Assembly: GCA_016219925.1 (NCBI GenBank) | Contig: JACRJU010000010.1 | Location: forward strand, 32,147 to 96,146 | Length of the DNA: 64,000 bases | DNA from: Candidatus Uhrbacteria bacterium | GTDB lineage: Bacteria; Patescibacteriota; Patescibacteriia; UBA9934; GWF2-40-263 | Reading direction: 5' to 3' | Part shown: piece by piece, positions 37,180-48,203 of the stretch | Layout of the letters: each line of letters starts with the position of its first letter | How positions within the stretch are numbered: position 1 is the stretch's first letter | The notes under the pieces: model-generated | Told to the model about the DNA's origin: nothing | Database searches by the model: none | What the model saw: only the letters and a program-made list of their open reading frames with translations | Made by a program: the position numbers and the translations under genes

Positions 37180-39171
37180 TTAGACGATGAGCGCCACGAT
37201 AAGAAGCGCAACGATATTCAAGATTTTGATCATGGGGTTGATGGCCGGACCCGCAGTATCTTTGTAAGGGTCTCCGACGGTATCACCAGTGACAGCGGCT
37301 TTGTGAGCATCCGATCCTTTGCCACCATAGTTTCCAGCTTCAATAAATTTTTTGGCGTTGTCCCATGCTCCACCGCCAGTTGTCATCGAGATTGCCACGA
37401 ACAGTCCAGTGATAATCGAACCAATAAGGAGCCCTCCCAAAGCCTCTGCTCCCAAAGCAAACCCAACGACCACTGGAGCAAGCACGGCGAGCAAAGAGGG
37501 AACGAGCATCCGACGTAGAGCGGCTTGCGTCACAATATCAACCGCCTTGCCATACTCCGGTTTTGCCGAGCCATCCATAATGCCTCGGATTTCGCGAAAC
37601 TGGCGGCGCACTTCTTCAACCACCGCACCAGCGGCTTGCCCAACAGCTTGCATGGCCATCGCTCCAAACAAATACGTCACGAGTCCGCCCAAGAAGAGTC
37701 CGGCAATGACGCGCGGATCAACGAGGCTAAAGGAGACATGGACACCCCGTGCTTCGATGGCATGAACATAGTCTCCAAACAATACGAGTGTTGCCAAACC
37801 AGCTGAACCAATAGCATACGCTTTGGTGACGGCTTTTGTCGTGTTGCCAACAGCATCGAGTGGATCAGTGACATCGCGCACTTCAGAAGAGAGTTCGGCC
37901 ATTTCGGCGATTCCGCCGGCGTTATCCGTGATGGGGCCAAAAGCATCGATTGCAACGATAATACCAGTGAGTGATAGCATGGCCATGGCGGCGATGGCGA
38001 TGCCGAACAAACCAGAGAGCTGATACGAAACGAGAATACCAAGGACGATCGTCAACACAGGGAGGGCGGTTGATTTCATCGACAAAGCGATTCCGGCAAT
38101 GATATTCGTGCCATGTCCGGACTGGGAAGCGCTGGCCAAATTTTGTACCGGCGCATATTGAGTGCCAGTATAGTATTCCGTAATCATGATCATGAGCGCT
38201 GTTACGAGAAGTCCAACCAGAGCGCTGAGATAAATGTTGGTGATGGAGAGTCCGACGATTCCCGCAAGGACCACTTTTGTGACGGGATAAAACCCAATCG
38301 CACTCAAGACTCCTGCGACGAGGAGTCCTTTGTAGAGGGCTTTCATGATTTTTTTGTCCGAGCCGATCTTGATGAAGAAACTTCCAATGATCGAGGCGAC
38401 GATCGCAACAGCCCCAAGAGCGAGGGGATACAAGATCAAAGCTTCCTTTCCTGGGAACAATAAAGATCCGAGAAGGATGGTCGCCACGCAAGTGACCGCG
38501 TAGGTTTCAAACAAGTCTGCCGCCATCCCAGCGCAATCACCGACGTTATCACCGACGTTATCTGCAATTACCGCGGGATTGCGAGGATCATCTTCTGGGA
38601 TTCCAGCTTCTGTTTTTCCAACAAGGTCAGCTCCGACATCAGCGGCTTTTGTGAAAATTCCACCACCCAAACGTGCGAATACACTGATAAGAGATCCTCC
38701 GAATCCAAGCCCGACTAACGCCTGAACATCATGGGTGAGCGCATAAAAAACCGTGACTCCAATCAAAGCGAGACCGACAACAAACAGACCAGTGACCGAT
38801 CCGCCGCGCGTGGCCATGTCCATCGCTTCTGAAAGACCCGTCTTAGCGGCTTCGGTGGTGCGAACGTTGGCACGGACAGACACCGCCATGCCGATCACCC
38901 CAGCAAGTCCTGAGAGCACAGCGCCTACAAGGAAGCCAAGAGCGAGTTTCCAAGACAAGATAAACCCAAGTAGGAGGAAAACAATGATACCGATACCGGC
39001 AATCATTTTGTATTGACGAGCCATATAAGCATTCGCCCCTTCTTGGATCGCAAGAGCGATGCCTTTCATTTTTCCTTCACCTGCTGGTTGTTTAAGGATC
39101 CATTGAATAAGAATGCTTCCATAAAGAAGTGCGAGCACGCCCGCGACGATCGCTAGAACGATAATAGACAT
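37180..39171 (-). CDS. hppA: Membrane-bound pyrophosphate-energised ion pump
   Basis: Start at ATG 39171 (MSIIVLAIV). Contains [18 protein letters not shown] and [21 protein letters not shown] motifs. Confidence 0.9.
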   Translation of the reverse strand: MSIIVLAIVAGVLALLYGSILIQWILKQPAGEGKMKGIALAIQEGANAYMARQYKMIAGIGIIVFLLLGFILSWKLALGFLVGAVLSGLAGVIGMAVSVRANVRTTEAAKTGLSEAMDMATRGGSVTGLFVVGLALIGVTVFYALTHDVQALVGLGFGGSLISVFARLGGGIFTKAADVGADLVGKTEAGIPEDDPRNPAVIADNVGDNVGDCAGMAADLFETYAVTCVATILLGSLLFPGKEALILYPLALGAVAIVASIIGSFFIKIGSDKKIMKALYKGLLVAGVLSAIGFYPVTKVVLAGIVGLSITNIYLSALVGLLVTALMIMITEYYTGTQYAPVQNLASASQSGHGTNIIAGIALSMKSTALPVLTIVLGILVSYQLSGLFGIAIAAMAMLSLTGIIVAIDAFGPITDNAGGIAEMAELSSEVRDVTDPLDAVGNTTKAVTKAYAIGSAGLATLVLFGDYVHAIEARGVHVSFSLVDPRVIAGLFLGGLVTYLFGAMAMQAVGQAAGAVVEEVRRQFREIRGIMDGSAKPEYGKAVDIVTQAALRRMLVPSLLAVLAPVVVGFALGAEALGGLLIGSIITGLFVAISMTTGGGAWDNAKKFIEAGNYGGKGSDAHKAAVTGDTVGDPYKDTAGPAINPMIKILNIVALLIVALIV

Positions 39172-39249
39172 AACATCACAAATGAAATTACAGATTATCA
39201 AAAAGACGATGATATACTAGAAAAAAAGACGGGTTGTGTCAACGCTAAC

Positions 39250-39852
39250 ATGTCAAAAATGCCCACATTTGCATATGAACGGCGGCTAATCACTCAAGGT
39301 TTTAAGGTGATTGTTGGGGTTGATGAGGTGGGGTGTGGGGCGCTAGCTGGACCGGTATGTGCCGGGGCCGTTGTGCTTCCTCTTGATTCGCGTTTGGGAG
39401 CCATTCGCGATAGCAAACTTGTTGGGCCCCAAGAGCGTGAGCGTCTTTATGCGCGTATTGTAGAACGGGCAGATGCATGGTCTGTTGGCTATGCGGATGT
39501 TCAAGAGATTGCCACACTCAACATCCGTGGCGCGACCTTTTTGGCGATGCGTCGCGCGGTTGAACAGATTCCACAAGCCCAAGTGCTTTTGATTGATGCT
39601 TGGCGAATTCCAGGAGTTGATCTTCCTCAACAAGCCATCATTCACGGAGATCTCTTGGTGAAATCTATTGCGGCCGCTTCGCTCATTGCCAAAGTGTCTC
39701 GCGACCGAGTCATGCAGTCGTACCACGAGCAATACCCGCAGTACGGGTTTCCTATTCATAAAGGATACGCAACAGCGTTGCACAAAAAAGCGATCGCGAT
39801 TCATGGCCCCTGTCTTATTCATCGCCTCGGTTTCCGAACATTTTCTTCATAG
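39250..39852 (+). CDS. rnhB: Ribonuclease HII
   Basis: VGVDEVGCGALAGPVCAGAV catalytic motif; 200 aa. Confidence 0.85.
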   Translation: MSKMPTFAYERRLITQGFKVIVGVDEVGCGALAGPVCAGAVVLPLDSRLGAIRDSKLVGPQERERLYARIVERADAWSVGYADVQEIATLNIRGATFLAMRRAVEQIPQAQVLLIDAWRIPGVDLPQQAIIHGDLLVKSIAAASLIAKVSRDRVMQSYHEQYPQYGFPIHKGYATALHKKAIAIHGPCLIHRLGFRTFSS

Positions 39853-39898
39853 GCGGATTGACGAGAGGCTCGAATTTTGGTAGTCTGAGGGACGTTAA

Positions 39899-41209
39899 TT
39901 GTTGTTTTCTATACCTCTTAAATTCAAACAACTTCTTGTCCGTGTCCTGCTTTCGTCCCTGCGAGGTCTGTTGGCTTTCAAGCGACACGGAGGAGGATGG
40001 CTTCGATGGTTTTCGAAGCCTTTTTCGTTTGTCGGGGTCTGGCTCGTTCGTCTTGTAGGCATCCCTGTTTACCGTGTCTTCTTTTTTATCAAGCGGCAGA
40101 TTGCCAACATTGTTCGTCCTACGAAGCACGGTTTATTACACATCATTACCAATCGATATACCGTGCATGTGGTTATGATTATTTTGGTGGCCTGTGTGAT
40201 TGGACTAAACATCAAAACCCGTGCCGTGCGTGCGGAAACATTTGGACAGAAGAGTTTGTTGTATGCGCTTGTATCGGTTGATGATTCTCAAACCATTGAG
40301 ATCGTTCAAGCGGACCAGAGCATTCTTCCAACAGGAGTCATCTCACGGTATGAATCGGATACGGTTTTAGACAATCAAGCTGATGTTGATTTATCTGATT
40401 TGCAGTCGCCTTATACCACCCCAACAACCGGAGGGACACCGCAGACGCCACCAAGCGTTCCCGCGCGCAGTGCGGTTGAAACGTATGTGGTTCAGGAAGG
40501 TGATACGCTTGGGAATATTGCGGATCATTATGGGTTAAATTTGAGCACGATTCTTTGGGCGAACCAACTTACTTTGCGAAGCACCATTCGTCCGGGCCAA
40601 GAGCTCTCCATCCTTCCAACGGACGGAGTGCTTTATAAGGTAACCTCTGGGGATACTCTTTCGCGCATTGCTCGACGCTTTAATGTTGATGCGGACAAAA
40701 TTTTGTCACAGAACCAATTAGCCAGCGCTGATCGGTTACATATCGGTGATCGACTCCTCATTCCAGGCGCAGAACCCTATCAAGCCGCTCCACGCATCAC
40801 CGCACCGGTATCGAATTTGTTTGCTCCATCTACAAAAACTCCTCCTGCGACAGGTGGTTGGATATGGCCGACCGATTGGCATGTCATCACCCAGTATTTT
40901 GGATGGAAACATACCGGTGTTGATATTGATGGGGATTACACCACCAACAACTATGCTGCGCGCGATGGGGTGGTTATTTATAGCGGATGGCGCGGAGGGT
41001 ACGGGTTGACGGTTGAAATTGATCATGGGGATGGATATGTCACACGGTATGGTCACCATTCGAAGATTTATGTGAAAGTTGGAGATTATGTAACCGCAGG
41101 ACAAGCCGTTGGCCGCACTGGCACGACCGGACGTTCGACAGGAACTCACCTCCATTTTGAGGTGATTAAGAATGGACGTTTTCAGAATCCGCTGGATTAC
41201 GTAAGATAA
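39899..41209 (+). CDS. LysM-domain M23 peptidase (murein DD-endopeptidase-like)
   Basis: Two LysM repeats (YVVQEGDTLGNIADHYG and YKVTSGDTLSRIARRFN). M23 motifs HTGVDI and GTHLHFEV. TTG start, so the 5' end is uncertain. Confidence 0.75.
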   Translation: MLFSIPLKFKQLLVRVLLSSLRGLLAFKRHGGGWLRWFSKPFSFVGVWLVRLVGIPVYRVFFFIKRQIANIVRPTKHGLLHIITNRYTVHVVMIILVACVIGLNIKTRAVRAETFGQKSLLYALVSVDDSQTIEIVQADQSILPTGVISRYESDTVLDNQADVDLSDLQSPYTTPTTGGTPQTPPSVPARSAVETYVVQEGDTLGNIADHYGLNLSTILWANQLTLRSTIRPGQELSILPTDGVLYKVTSGDTLSRIARRFNVDADKILSQNQLASADRLHIGDRLLIPGAEPYQAAPRITAPVSNLFAPSTKTPPATGGWIWPTDWHVITQYFGWKHTGVDIDGDYTTNNYAARDGVVIYSGWRGGYGLTVEIDHGDGYVTRYGHHSKIYVKVGDYVTAGQAVGRTGTTGRSTGTHLHFEVIKNGRFQNPLDYVR

Positions 41210-41213
41210 CAGC

Positions 41214-41594
41214 ATGAATACTTGTACCAACTGTAAACATCTTGTTGAAGAATGGAACCGAATTTGCAGACAGTGTGGGTATCATTTGGTTTTGGAACCT
41301 GAGGCTGATGTCCGCGCGCGGTATTTGCGCGGGCCATCACTAGGGGCTCTTTTGTTTACGCAGGTTTGGTCAGCGGGTGCGCGGCTGTATGTATGGTTTC
41401 TGATCTCGCTCGTTCCCGGAGTCGGTTTAGTTGCTCTGTTTGCTTGTCTGTTTTGGGGTCGGCGATGGTCATGGAAGTCCGGTGGCTGGCAAAGTTGGGA
41501 AGCTTTTACAAAACGCATGCGTCTGCTCGATCTCCTTGGGCTGTGTTGGGTTTTGATATTGGTCGGGTTCTATCTATTTAGACGATTCGCTTAG
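41214..41594 (+). CDS. Zinc-ribbon membrane protein, function unknown
   Basis: CTNCKHLV...CRQCGY ribbon followed by hydrophobic segments. Confidence 0.4.
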   Translation: MNTCTNCKHLVEEWNRICRQCGYHLVLEPEADVRARYLRGPSLGALLFTQVWSAGARLYVWFLISLVPGVGLVALFACLFWGRRWSWKSGGWQSWEAFTKRMRLLDLLGLCWVLILVGFYLFRRFA

Positions 41595-43090
41595 AGGCGT
41601 TCTTTGTACTGAAGGGCTTCAATGAGATGGGCTTTTTCAATCTGTTCCGCTCCGGCCAAGTCTGCGATCGTGCGGGCGATTTTTTTTATGCGCGTGTAGC
41701 CACGCATGCTGAGCATCCCTCTTGCGAAGCACGCATGCAAAAGTTGGGTAAGTTGTTTGTTGAGCGAGCAGTAAGCATCCAGATTTTTTTGCGAAAGTTG
41801 TGCGTTCGTCTTGATGCCGATGATTTTGTAACGATCTTGCTGTCTTTCGCGCGCTGTTTGGACGCGTCTTTGCACACACGCAGAAGTCTCGGATACAGAG
41901 GTTTCCAAATCTGAGACTTGGAGGTTTGGGACAGAGGCGAAGAGATCGATGCGATCAAGAAGCGGACCAGAGATTTTTTTTCGATACCGATCGACTTCTC
42001 CAAACGCACACGTGCATGCGCGTTTGGGGTCATTGAAATATCCACACGGACAAGGATTCATCGTTGCGATGAGTTGAAACTGTGCAGGGAATCTCACAGT
42101 TTCGTGTGCACGCGCAATAACAACCTCCCCTTCCTCCAGAGGTTGGCGCAGATGTTCAAGCACGCGTGAAGAAAATTCAGGAAGTTCGTCTAGAAATAAA
42201 ACCCCGCGGTGGGAGAGGGTAATTTCTCCCGGTCTAGGGAGAGATCCTCCACCAACAAGAGCCGCCGCTGAGGCGCTATGGTGGGGAGATCGCAGTGGAC
42301 GTTGTAAAAGTACACCAGGATTTAGACCGATTCCCGCTATGGATGCGATGCTCGTCACCTCGAGCATCTCTTCGCGCGTAAGGGTCGGCAGGATACCAGC
42401 GATCGAACGTGCCAAAAGCGTTTTTCCTGTTCCTGGGGGTCCGCTTAGTAAAAGATGATGCCCGCCACTTGCTGCAATTTCGAGCGCGCGTTTTGCGGAT
42501 TCTTGTCCGCGAATCATCGCAAAGTCCACACGATCTTCTTGGCTCGTATTTGGTTGAGTTGGGGGTTGTTGGATTATCGGCTGGTCCCCTCGCATATGCG
42601 CGACCAACTCTTGTATCGTCTCAATACCAAATATTCCAATACCTTCAACTAATGCCGCCTCCGCGGCATTGTTTTTTGGCACAAAAATACGCAGATGACC
42701 ATTTTGTTTTGCCATCAGAGTCGTAGCGAGAACGCCGCGCTGTGTTCGGATTTCCCCGTGAAGCCCCAATTCTCCTAACAAAACTGAACTCACTAAAGCA
42801 TTTTCGTCGAGCTGGCCGCTTCGGCACAGGATGGCCATAGCGATAGGGAGGTCATAACAGGCTCCTTGCTTGCGAAGGTGGGCAGGAGCGAGGTTGACGG
42901 TCACATGACCACGGGGAAATTGGAAGCCACTGTTTTTAATCGCCGCCTTGATCCGATCACGCGATTCTCTGACCGAGGCGTCCGGAAGGCCAACAATGGT
43001 AAATTGCGGAAGTCCCGAGGCAATGTCTACTTCGACAGAAACCGGTATGGCTGTGGTGCCGAAAATTGCCGATGAGGTAATCGAAAACAT
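41591..43090 (-). CDS. comM: YifB/ComM Mg-chelatase-like AAA ATPase
   Basis: GGGAGG Shine-Dalgarno before ATG 43090. PQFTIVGLPD. Walker A SGPPGTGKT. ChlI-like core. Confidence 0.8.
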   Translation of the reverse strand: MFSITSSAIFGTTAIPVSVEVDIASGLPQFTIVGLPDASVRESRDRIKAAIKNSGFQFPRGHVTVNLAPAHLRKQGACYDLPIAMAILCRSGQLDENALVSSVLLGELGLHGEIRTQRGVLATTLMAKQNGHLRIFVPKNNAAEAALVEGIGIFGIETIQELVAHMRGDQPIIQQPPTQPNTSQEDRVDFAMIRGQESAKRALEIAASGGHHLLLSGPPGTGKTLLARSIAGILPTLTREEMLEVTSIASIAGIGLNPGVLLQRPLRSPHHSASAAALVGGGSLPRPGEITLSHRGVLFLDELPEFSSRVLEHLRQPLEEGEVVIARAHETVRFPAQFQLIATMNPCPCGYFNDPKRACTCAFGEVDRYRKKISGPLLDRIDLFASVPNLQVSDLETSVSETSACVQRRVQTARERQQDRYKIIGIKTNAQLSQKNLDAYCSLNKQLTQLLHACFARGMLSMRGYTRIKKIARTIADLAGAEQIEKAHLIEALQYKERL

Positions 43091-43138
43091 AAAACCTCCC
43101 AATAAAGGGAGGTCTTATCTAGCACTCGTGCTATTACC

Positions 43139-43651
43139 TTACACGATAGGAACGGTTTTGTCAATATTTTTTTTGCGTGAAGTCAAAAGCAGAAGGGCGA
43201 TAACTCCCAGGACAATCACCAAATCAGAGAAGTTGATGGCACTGCGGCCAAAGAAAATAAGATAATCAACTGTGAAGCCGTAAATAAGGCGATCAAAAAG
43301 GTTTCCCGCCGCTCCGATAAGGATCATGAGACAAGCAAAAGCTACATGAGGCTTTGTGAGAATCGTTTTGCTCACGACGCGAATCAACACAAGACCGATA
43401 ACAATGCTGACGAGCACCACAAGTTCATGACGAAACGGGAGATCGAAGGCGAGTCCGAAGTTTTTATGAACCGCAAAATCAATCAGATGAGGTGAGGTCA
43501 AAAAAGTCTCTTCTGGAAAATATAAGAGTGCCTTTGCTTTGAGCCACTCATCAAGAATGACTGTCAGGGCGATCGGAAAGAGCAAAAAATAAATGTCGAA
43601 TTTTGAACGTTTCACACCTCTTGTGTCAGGGTTTTCTTGCATTGGATGCAA
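43139..43651 (-). CDS. lspA: Lipoprotein signal peptidase II
   Basis: NFGLAF, GAAGNLFDR and VDY motifs, with four hydrophobic segments. Confidence 0.75.
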   Translation of the reverse strand: MHPMQENPDTRGVKRSKFDIYFLLFPIALTVILDEWLKAKALLYFPEETFLTSPHLIDFAVHKNFGLAFDLPFRHELVVLVSIVIGLVLIRVVSKTILTKPHVAFACLMILIGAAGNLFDRLIYGFTVDYLIFFGRSAINFSDLVIVLGVIALLLLTSRKKNIDKTVPIV

Positions 43652-43995
43652 GATGTGGAAGTTGGTCGGGCCTCCAAACGACGTTCGTCAATTTCTTGTC
43701 CGCAGTATTTACAAGTGCCGTAGGTTCCGCCATCGAACATTTTAAGAGCACTCTCGACATCACGAAGAGCCTTTTCGAGTTCTTCTTCCAAGGAAAGATT
43801 GTCGGAGAAGCTCGCGACTTCGGAGGCGTTTTCATCTTCTTTGTCGCCGATATTCTGAAAATCCGTTTCAAATTCGGTTTCTTTTGCTTTTGGATTGCGA
43901 TGGGCAAACTTAGACAACTCCGTCGTCAATCGGTTTTTCTCCTCTTCGAGCGTCGTCTTCATTTTTTCAAGAAACTGCTGGTTCATATCAGTCAA
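43612..43995 (-). CDS. DksA/TraR-family C4 zinc-finger protein
   Basis: Coiled-coil N-terminus plus CKYCGQEI...CIQCK. Confidence 0.7.
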   Translation of the reverse strand: MTDMNQQFLEKMKTTLEEEKNRLTTELSKFAHRNPKAKETEFETDFQNIGDKEDENASEVASFSDNLSLEEELEKALRDVESALKMFDGGTYGTCKYCGQEIDERRLEARPTSTSCIQCKKTLTQEV

Positions 43996-44039
43996 AAATG
44001 GCTTAGTTTGGATACCTTATCAGCTTTTGGATAAAAAAA

Positions 44040-44400
44040 GAAGAGGGCAGTGAGCCCATGACAAGTGTTGTTTAAGGCTATGCCCCCAAGGCAGGATTGA
44101 TGGTGGCTTTGGAGGCGTCGGGTTATGGGTTCCATGCTTGAAGCCCATGACTCGACGCCCTTAGAACACAACCGACTCAATCCTAAGGTTCCTACACCAC
44201 CTCTCTACCATTTCATGGTTTTACCTGCGGATGAATCCTGACGGATTCACATCATTGCAGGCGAACCTAGATGTTTCGTTTTTGTTTTTGTTTGGAGGAT
44301 ATCGAAACAGTAGAGCGGCGAGACGTTTTCCGAATAACGCGCGAGCGTGGGGTGCTCACTCACCATTGAAGGCAAGCGTCTTCGGAAAACCTCCCAAGAG
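44040..44400. ncRNA. Unclassified structured RNA candidate in a 600-bp ORF-free spacer; strand and class undetermined
   Basis: Helices found by hand: GGCGTCG/CGACGCC (44114-44120 with 44153-44159, inner ATGGG/CCCAT). AGGATTGA/TCAATCCT (44093-44100 with 44177-44184). CCTGC/GCAGG enclosing GAATCC/GGATTC (44224-44261). GTTTTCCGAA/TTCGGAAAAC (44325-44334 with 44381-44390). Long-range AGTGAGC/GCTCACT (44049-44055 with 44354-44360). Confidence 0.3.
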
Positions 44401-44554
44401 TGTGTAGAAAGAACGAACGATCAGTGGTTGATCGTATTTACATAGTAACAAAAAAATGACGTTTGGTCAATTGTCATTTTTTGCCTGTGATTAGCTTAGA
44501 AGCAGACGTCTTGAAAACAGGATGTGTTCATTATGTATTACTGTAATTGCAAAG

Positions 44555-44594
44555 TTATCCACAGAATCTGTTATTTACCCATAACTTATCCACA
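44555..44594 (+). promoter_or_regulatory. Two perfect consensus DnaA boxes in direct orientation
   Basis: TTATCCACA at 44555-44563 and 44586-44594, with AT-rich sequence immediately upstream. Confidence 0.6.
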
Positions 44595-44595
44595 A

Positions 44596-45891
44596 TTAAA
44601 AACACAGATGAAATTCCTCTTGTTTTCCAGATGTTTTGACACCAATAGCTGAAAGGTTGTTGCCCAAAAGTCTAAAGACATCACTGCTATAAGCATTTGT
44701 TGGATAGGATTTTGATTCGGCGAGACTTTTCATTGAAAGATAAGCGGTATTTACATCACAGGGAACAGCTTTTTTATGCTCTTTTTGTGGTTCTTGTAAC
44801 CATTCCTTCAGAGTTTCTTCATCGTTTGTGAAAATAAATGGGTCATTCTTGCTCACAAAAAGGCCATCATTTCCGTTTGAAGCATGAAAAAATTCAGTAC
44901 CGCCTACAGTGATTTCTTCAACCGGGATGAGGCTTGGGTCAGCAATGATTTCTTGTATTGTTGTGGAATCCGGCAGAGATCGCGATGTCATTGTTGGTTT
45001 TGAGACTGACAAGATTGTTTGAATCAACTTGGATCGATCAGCTTGAGCATCTGTATGGATCATTGAGACAAGGAAAACAGGATTTTGTGGGTTTTTTAAA
45101 ATGATATCCCCGGTCATTGATGAAAAATTGCTAAAGAGCGAAATAGAAGATTCGGAGAGAAGTGGTCCTGCAATAGGCGTGAATATACTCAGAAAGCCAT
45201 TGGCAACTTTTTGATTTGTTGACACTGGCGTATGCAAATAGAGATATAAACTAGTGAAGTCTAGATTACGATATCCTATGTTGTTTGCGTTTTTTTCTTG
45301 CAGAGGAATAATAAGACCATTCTTATCTTGGAAAATTGCAGAAAGTTTTTGGTGATCCTTTTCGTAAAGATTCCCAATGGGAGCGTTGAAGATCGACGAG
45401 AATGAAAAGCGTGGGTGTTTCACCTTTAGCCCGCTGATAGCTTGAAGTTTGTCAGAAAGGAGCAACATATTATTACCGATGGGTTGGACGATAATATGGT
45501 TAGCATCGAATAGGGGAGTTTTAAGATCACTTTTTTGCGAGCGGATGGCCACAACTCTTGATCCATCATCCAAAAAGAACCAAATGAGTTCTCCATGCGT
45601 AATAGGTTCAAGATCCTCCAGAGTGAAGTTTCGGTTTGAAATCAACGGAACGTTTCTTAGAACGCGTTCAAGAACAGGTTTTGTTTTTGGGTTGATAAAT
45701 AGTTGGGCAGCTCCGATGGTTCCTTCTGGAGCCGCGATGAAAAGTCGCGTCGAACTTAGGAAAAAAAGTCGTGTCCAAGAAAAGACAATAAAACCAAACC
45801 CCAAAAGAACCACCAAAAGCCAAACAACCCACCAAGATCGGCGGGTTGTTTTATGACTGCGGGAAAGAGGGATATGAAGTCTTTCTCCCAT
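44596..45891 (-). CDS. Hypothetical membrane-anchored protein (AT-richer than its neighbours)
   Basis: 431-aa ORF with an N-terminal TM (WWVVWLLVVLLGFGFIVF). I recognised no motif. Confidence 0.45.
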   Translation of the reverse strand: MGERLHIPLSRSHKTTRRSWWVVWLLVVLLGFGFIVFSWTRLFFLSSTRLFIAAPEGTIGAAQLFINPKTKPVLERVLRNVPLISNRNFTLEDLEPITHGELIWFFLDDGSRVVAIRSQKSDLKTPLFDANHIIVQPIGNNMLLLSDKLQAISGLKVKHPRFSFSSIFNAPIGNLYEKDHQKLSAIFQDKNGLIIPLQEKNANNIGYRNLDFTSLYLYLHTPVSTNQKVANGFLSIFTPIAGPLLSESSISLFSNFSSMTGDIILKNPQNPVFLVSMIHTDAQADRSKLIQTILSVSKPTMTSRSLPDSTTIQEIIADPSLIPVEEITVGGTEFFHASNGNDGLFVSKNDPFIFTNDEETLKEWLQEPQKEHKKAVPCDVNTAYLSMKSLAESKSYPTNAYSSDVFRLLGNNLSAIGVKTSGKQEEFHLCF

Positions 45892-45905
45892 GGGTTTAGA
45901 GACCT

Positions 45906-48113
45906 TTAGGGTTTTGCTGGTGGGCGCGGTCTAAACGGTTTTCGGCCCATTGGTCGCTGGCCGCCAGAGTCCGGAGCCCCTGCTGGACGTTCGGGATAGG
46001 TGTTGCCCGGAGCATCTTTCATGGAAAGACTGATTTTTCCGTCTGGTGAGAGGTCCATGACCTTCACCATAACTTCATCGCCTAACTTTACGATATCAGA
46101 GACTTTCTCAACGCGCCATGGAGCCATCATACTCACATGCACCATGCCGTCCTTTTTGGGAAGAAATTCGACAATCGCCCCGAAGTCCATCACACGCACC
46201 ACTTTTCCTTTAAAAATCTCCCCCACTTTCGCCTCTCGGGTCAACGCTTCAATCATGCTTTGGGCCTTGGCGGCACCATCGGCATTTGTCGAAGTGATCA
46301 TCACAAGCCCGTCATCTTCGATATCAATCGCTTGAACCCCAGTGGTGGCAATAATTTCGTTGATGGTTTTTCCAGACGGTCCAATGACGCTCCCGATAAG
46401 CTCTGGATTAATGTGAAGGGTAATAATGCGAGGCGCATAAGGAGAGAGATCTGGACGTGGAGCCGCGATCACATCTGTCATCGCTTTCAAAACTTCCAAT
46501 CGCGCTTCTCGCGCTTGCTTGATCGTCTGCTCAACAATATCGCTGGTCAGGCCGTCGGTTTTGGTGTCCATCTGAATGGCGGTGATGCCTTCTTGGGTTC
46601 CGGCGATTTTGAAATCCATTCCCCCTTTACCATCTTCCAAGTCTTGGAGGTCTGTGATGACTTTCCACACCCCCTTTCCATCCGTGGCGAGTCCCATCGC
46701 AATACCTGCGACCGGCGCTTTGATCGGAACTCCCGCATCCATAAGTGCGAGCGTGGAACCACACGTTGAACCCATTGAGCTTGACCCATTGGATCCCAAA
46801 ACTTCCGAGACCGCCCTGATAGTGTACGGAAAAGCTTCTTTGTCCGGCATCATGGGCATCAAAGCTTTTTCCGCCAGTCCACCGTGACCAATATCGCGTC
46901 GTGATGGGCCGCGCAGAGGTTTTACCTCGCCGACAGAAAATGGAGGGAAGTTGTAGTGATGGAAATAGCGCTTGGTGCCAACCAGTTCCATACCATCGAG
47001 TGTCTGGGCATCGCCGGGCGCGCCCAGAGTGACCACAGTAAGCACTTGGGTCTCCCCACGCATGAAGTGTCCGCTTCCATGTACGCGTGGAAGCACGGCT
47101 ACCTGCGAAAGCAACTCACGAATCTGGGTGATCGCCCGTCCGTCCACACGTCGTTCCTCCTGAAGGATCGCGCGAGAGACTTCTTTTTCCAAAATTTCCA
47201 AAACGATATCCGTTCCAAAGTGGAGCTCCTCTTCCACCACCCCTTGCTCGACCAAAAATGTTTTGGTGTTTTTTTTGAGCTGTTCTTTTTGTGTTGCCCG
47301 TTCTGTTTTGGTGGCTTTTGGTGATCCAAAAAAGAGCTCTTTGACTTGTTGGGTGATGAATGGCGCGGCGATATTTTCTACGCGTTCTTGTTGAACGGTC
47401 TTTTCTGGGATGACCTCGCGCTTTTGTTTTCCAACAGCCGCACGCACTTCCTCAATGAGTTTTACCGGAACATCAATATGCTTGAGACCAAAAGCGAATC
47501 CCCCAATCACCGTCTCTTCTGGCGCTTCGTTGGCTCCAGCTTCAATCATGATCACTTTATTTTTGGTTCCAGCAAAGGAGAGGTCGAGGATAGACTTATC
47601 TCGCGCCTCGTAGCTCGGGTTCATGACCCACTCTCCGCCAATGGATCCCACGCGGATACAGCCGATTGGACCAGCCCAAGGAATATCGCTGATGTGCAGG
47701 GCGCAGGAAGCTCCGATGAGGCCGAGCACATCCGGATCATTCTCGCCGTCAAAAGACAGTGTCGTCACAATGACCTGTACATCATTGCGCATGCGGTCAT
47801 CAAAGAGCGGACGAATGGCGCGGTCGATGAAGCGTGCTGTCAGAATCGCTTCATCGGTTGGGCGACCTTCTTTTTTAATGAATCGACTTCCTTTAATGCG
47901 TCCGGCGGCATAGAGTTTTTCTTCAAAATCCACCATAAGCGGAAAAAATCCCATGTTTTCGCGCAACTCTGAACTCATGGTTGCGGTTGCAAGCACGATG
48001 GTGTCGCCATATTGAACCGTGCAGGATCCCCCTGTTTGGTTTGCATATTTGCCCACTTCAATCGTGAGCGTTTTTCCGCCCCACGGGGCGGAAAAGGATT
48101 TGGGTTGGATCAT
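45906..48113 (-). CDS. pnp: Polyribonucleotide nucleotidyltransferase (PNPase)
   Basis: 735 aa with two RNase PH domains, KH and S1 ([15 protein letters not shown]). An imperfect long leader hairpin lies in 48114-48203. Confidence 0.95.
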   Translation of the reverse strand: MIQPKSFSAPWGGKTLTIEVGKYANQTGGSCTVQYGDTIVLATATMSSELRENMGFFPLMVDFEEKLYAAGRIKGSRFIKKEGRPTDEAILTARFIDRAIRPLFDDRMRNDVQVIVTTLSFDGENDPDVLGLIGASCALHISDIPWAGPIGCIRVGSIGGEWVMNPSYEARDKSILDLSFAGTKNKVIMIEAGANEAPEETVIGGFAFGLKHIDVPVKLIEEVRAAVGKQKREVIPEKTVQQERVENIAAPFITQQVKELFFGSPKATKTERATQKEQLKKNTKTFLVEQGVVEEELHFGTDIVLEILEKEVSRAILQEERRVDGRAITQIRELLSQVAVLPRVHGSGHFMRGETQVLTVVTLGAPGDAQTLDGMELVGTKRYFHHYNFPPFSVGEVKPLRGPSRRDIGHGGLAEKALMPMMPDKEAFPYTIRAVSEVLGSNGSSSMGSTCGSTLALMDAGVPIKAPVAGIAMGLATDGKGVWKVITDLQDLEDGKGGMDFKIAGTQEGITAIQMDTKTDGLTSDIVEQTIKQAREARLEVLKAMTDVIAAPRPDLSPYAPRIITLHINPELIGSVIGPSGKTINEIIATTGVQAIDIEDDGLVMITSTNADGAAKAQSMIEALTREAKVGEIFKGKVVRVMDFGAIVEFLPKKDGMVHVSMMAPWRVEKVSDIVKLGDEVMVKVMDLSPDGKISLSMKDAPGNTYPERPAGAPDSGGQRPMGRKPFRPRPPAKP

Positions 48114-48203
48114 AGAGTATGGTGATCCTACAGAGGCAGAAGATGTCGAGGCAACCTCGAAATCTCAACGTCTCCGCAGGAATCAAAAATAAGAATCAGT
48201 AAA

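Noticed and set aside
43996-44450. Calling this spacer RNase P RNA or tmRNA.
   Set aside because: It lacks the near-invariant GAGGAAAGTCC and ACAGAANNCGGCTTA blocks of RNase P RNA. It also lacks the GGTTCGA T-arm and ACCA acceptor end of tmRNA. The partial resemblances lie on opposite strands. It is kept only as an unclassified candidate.
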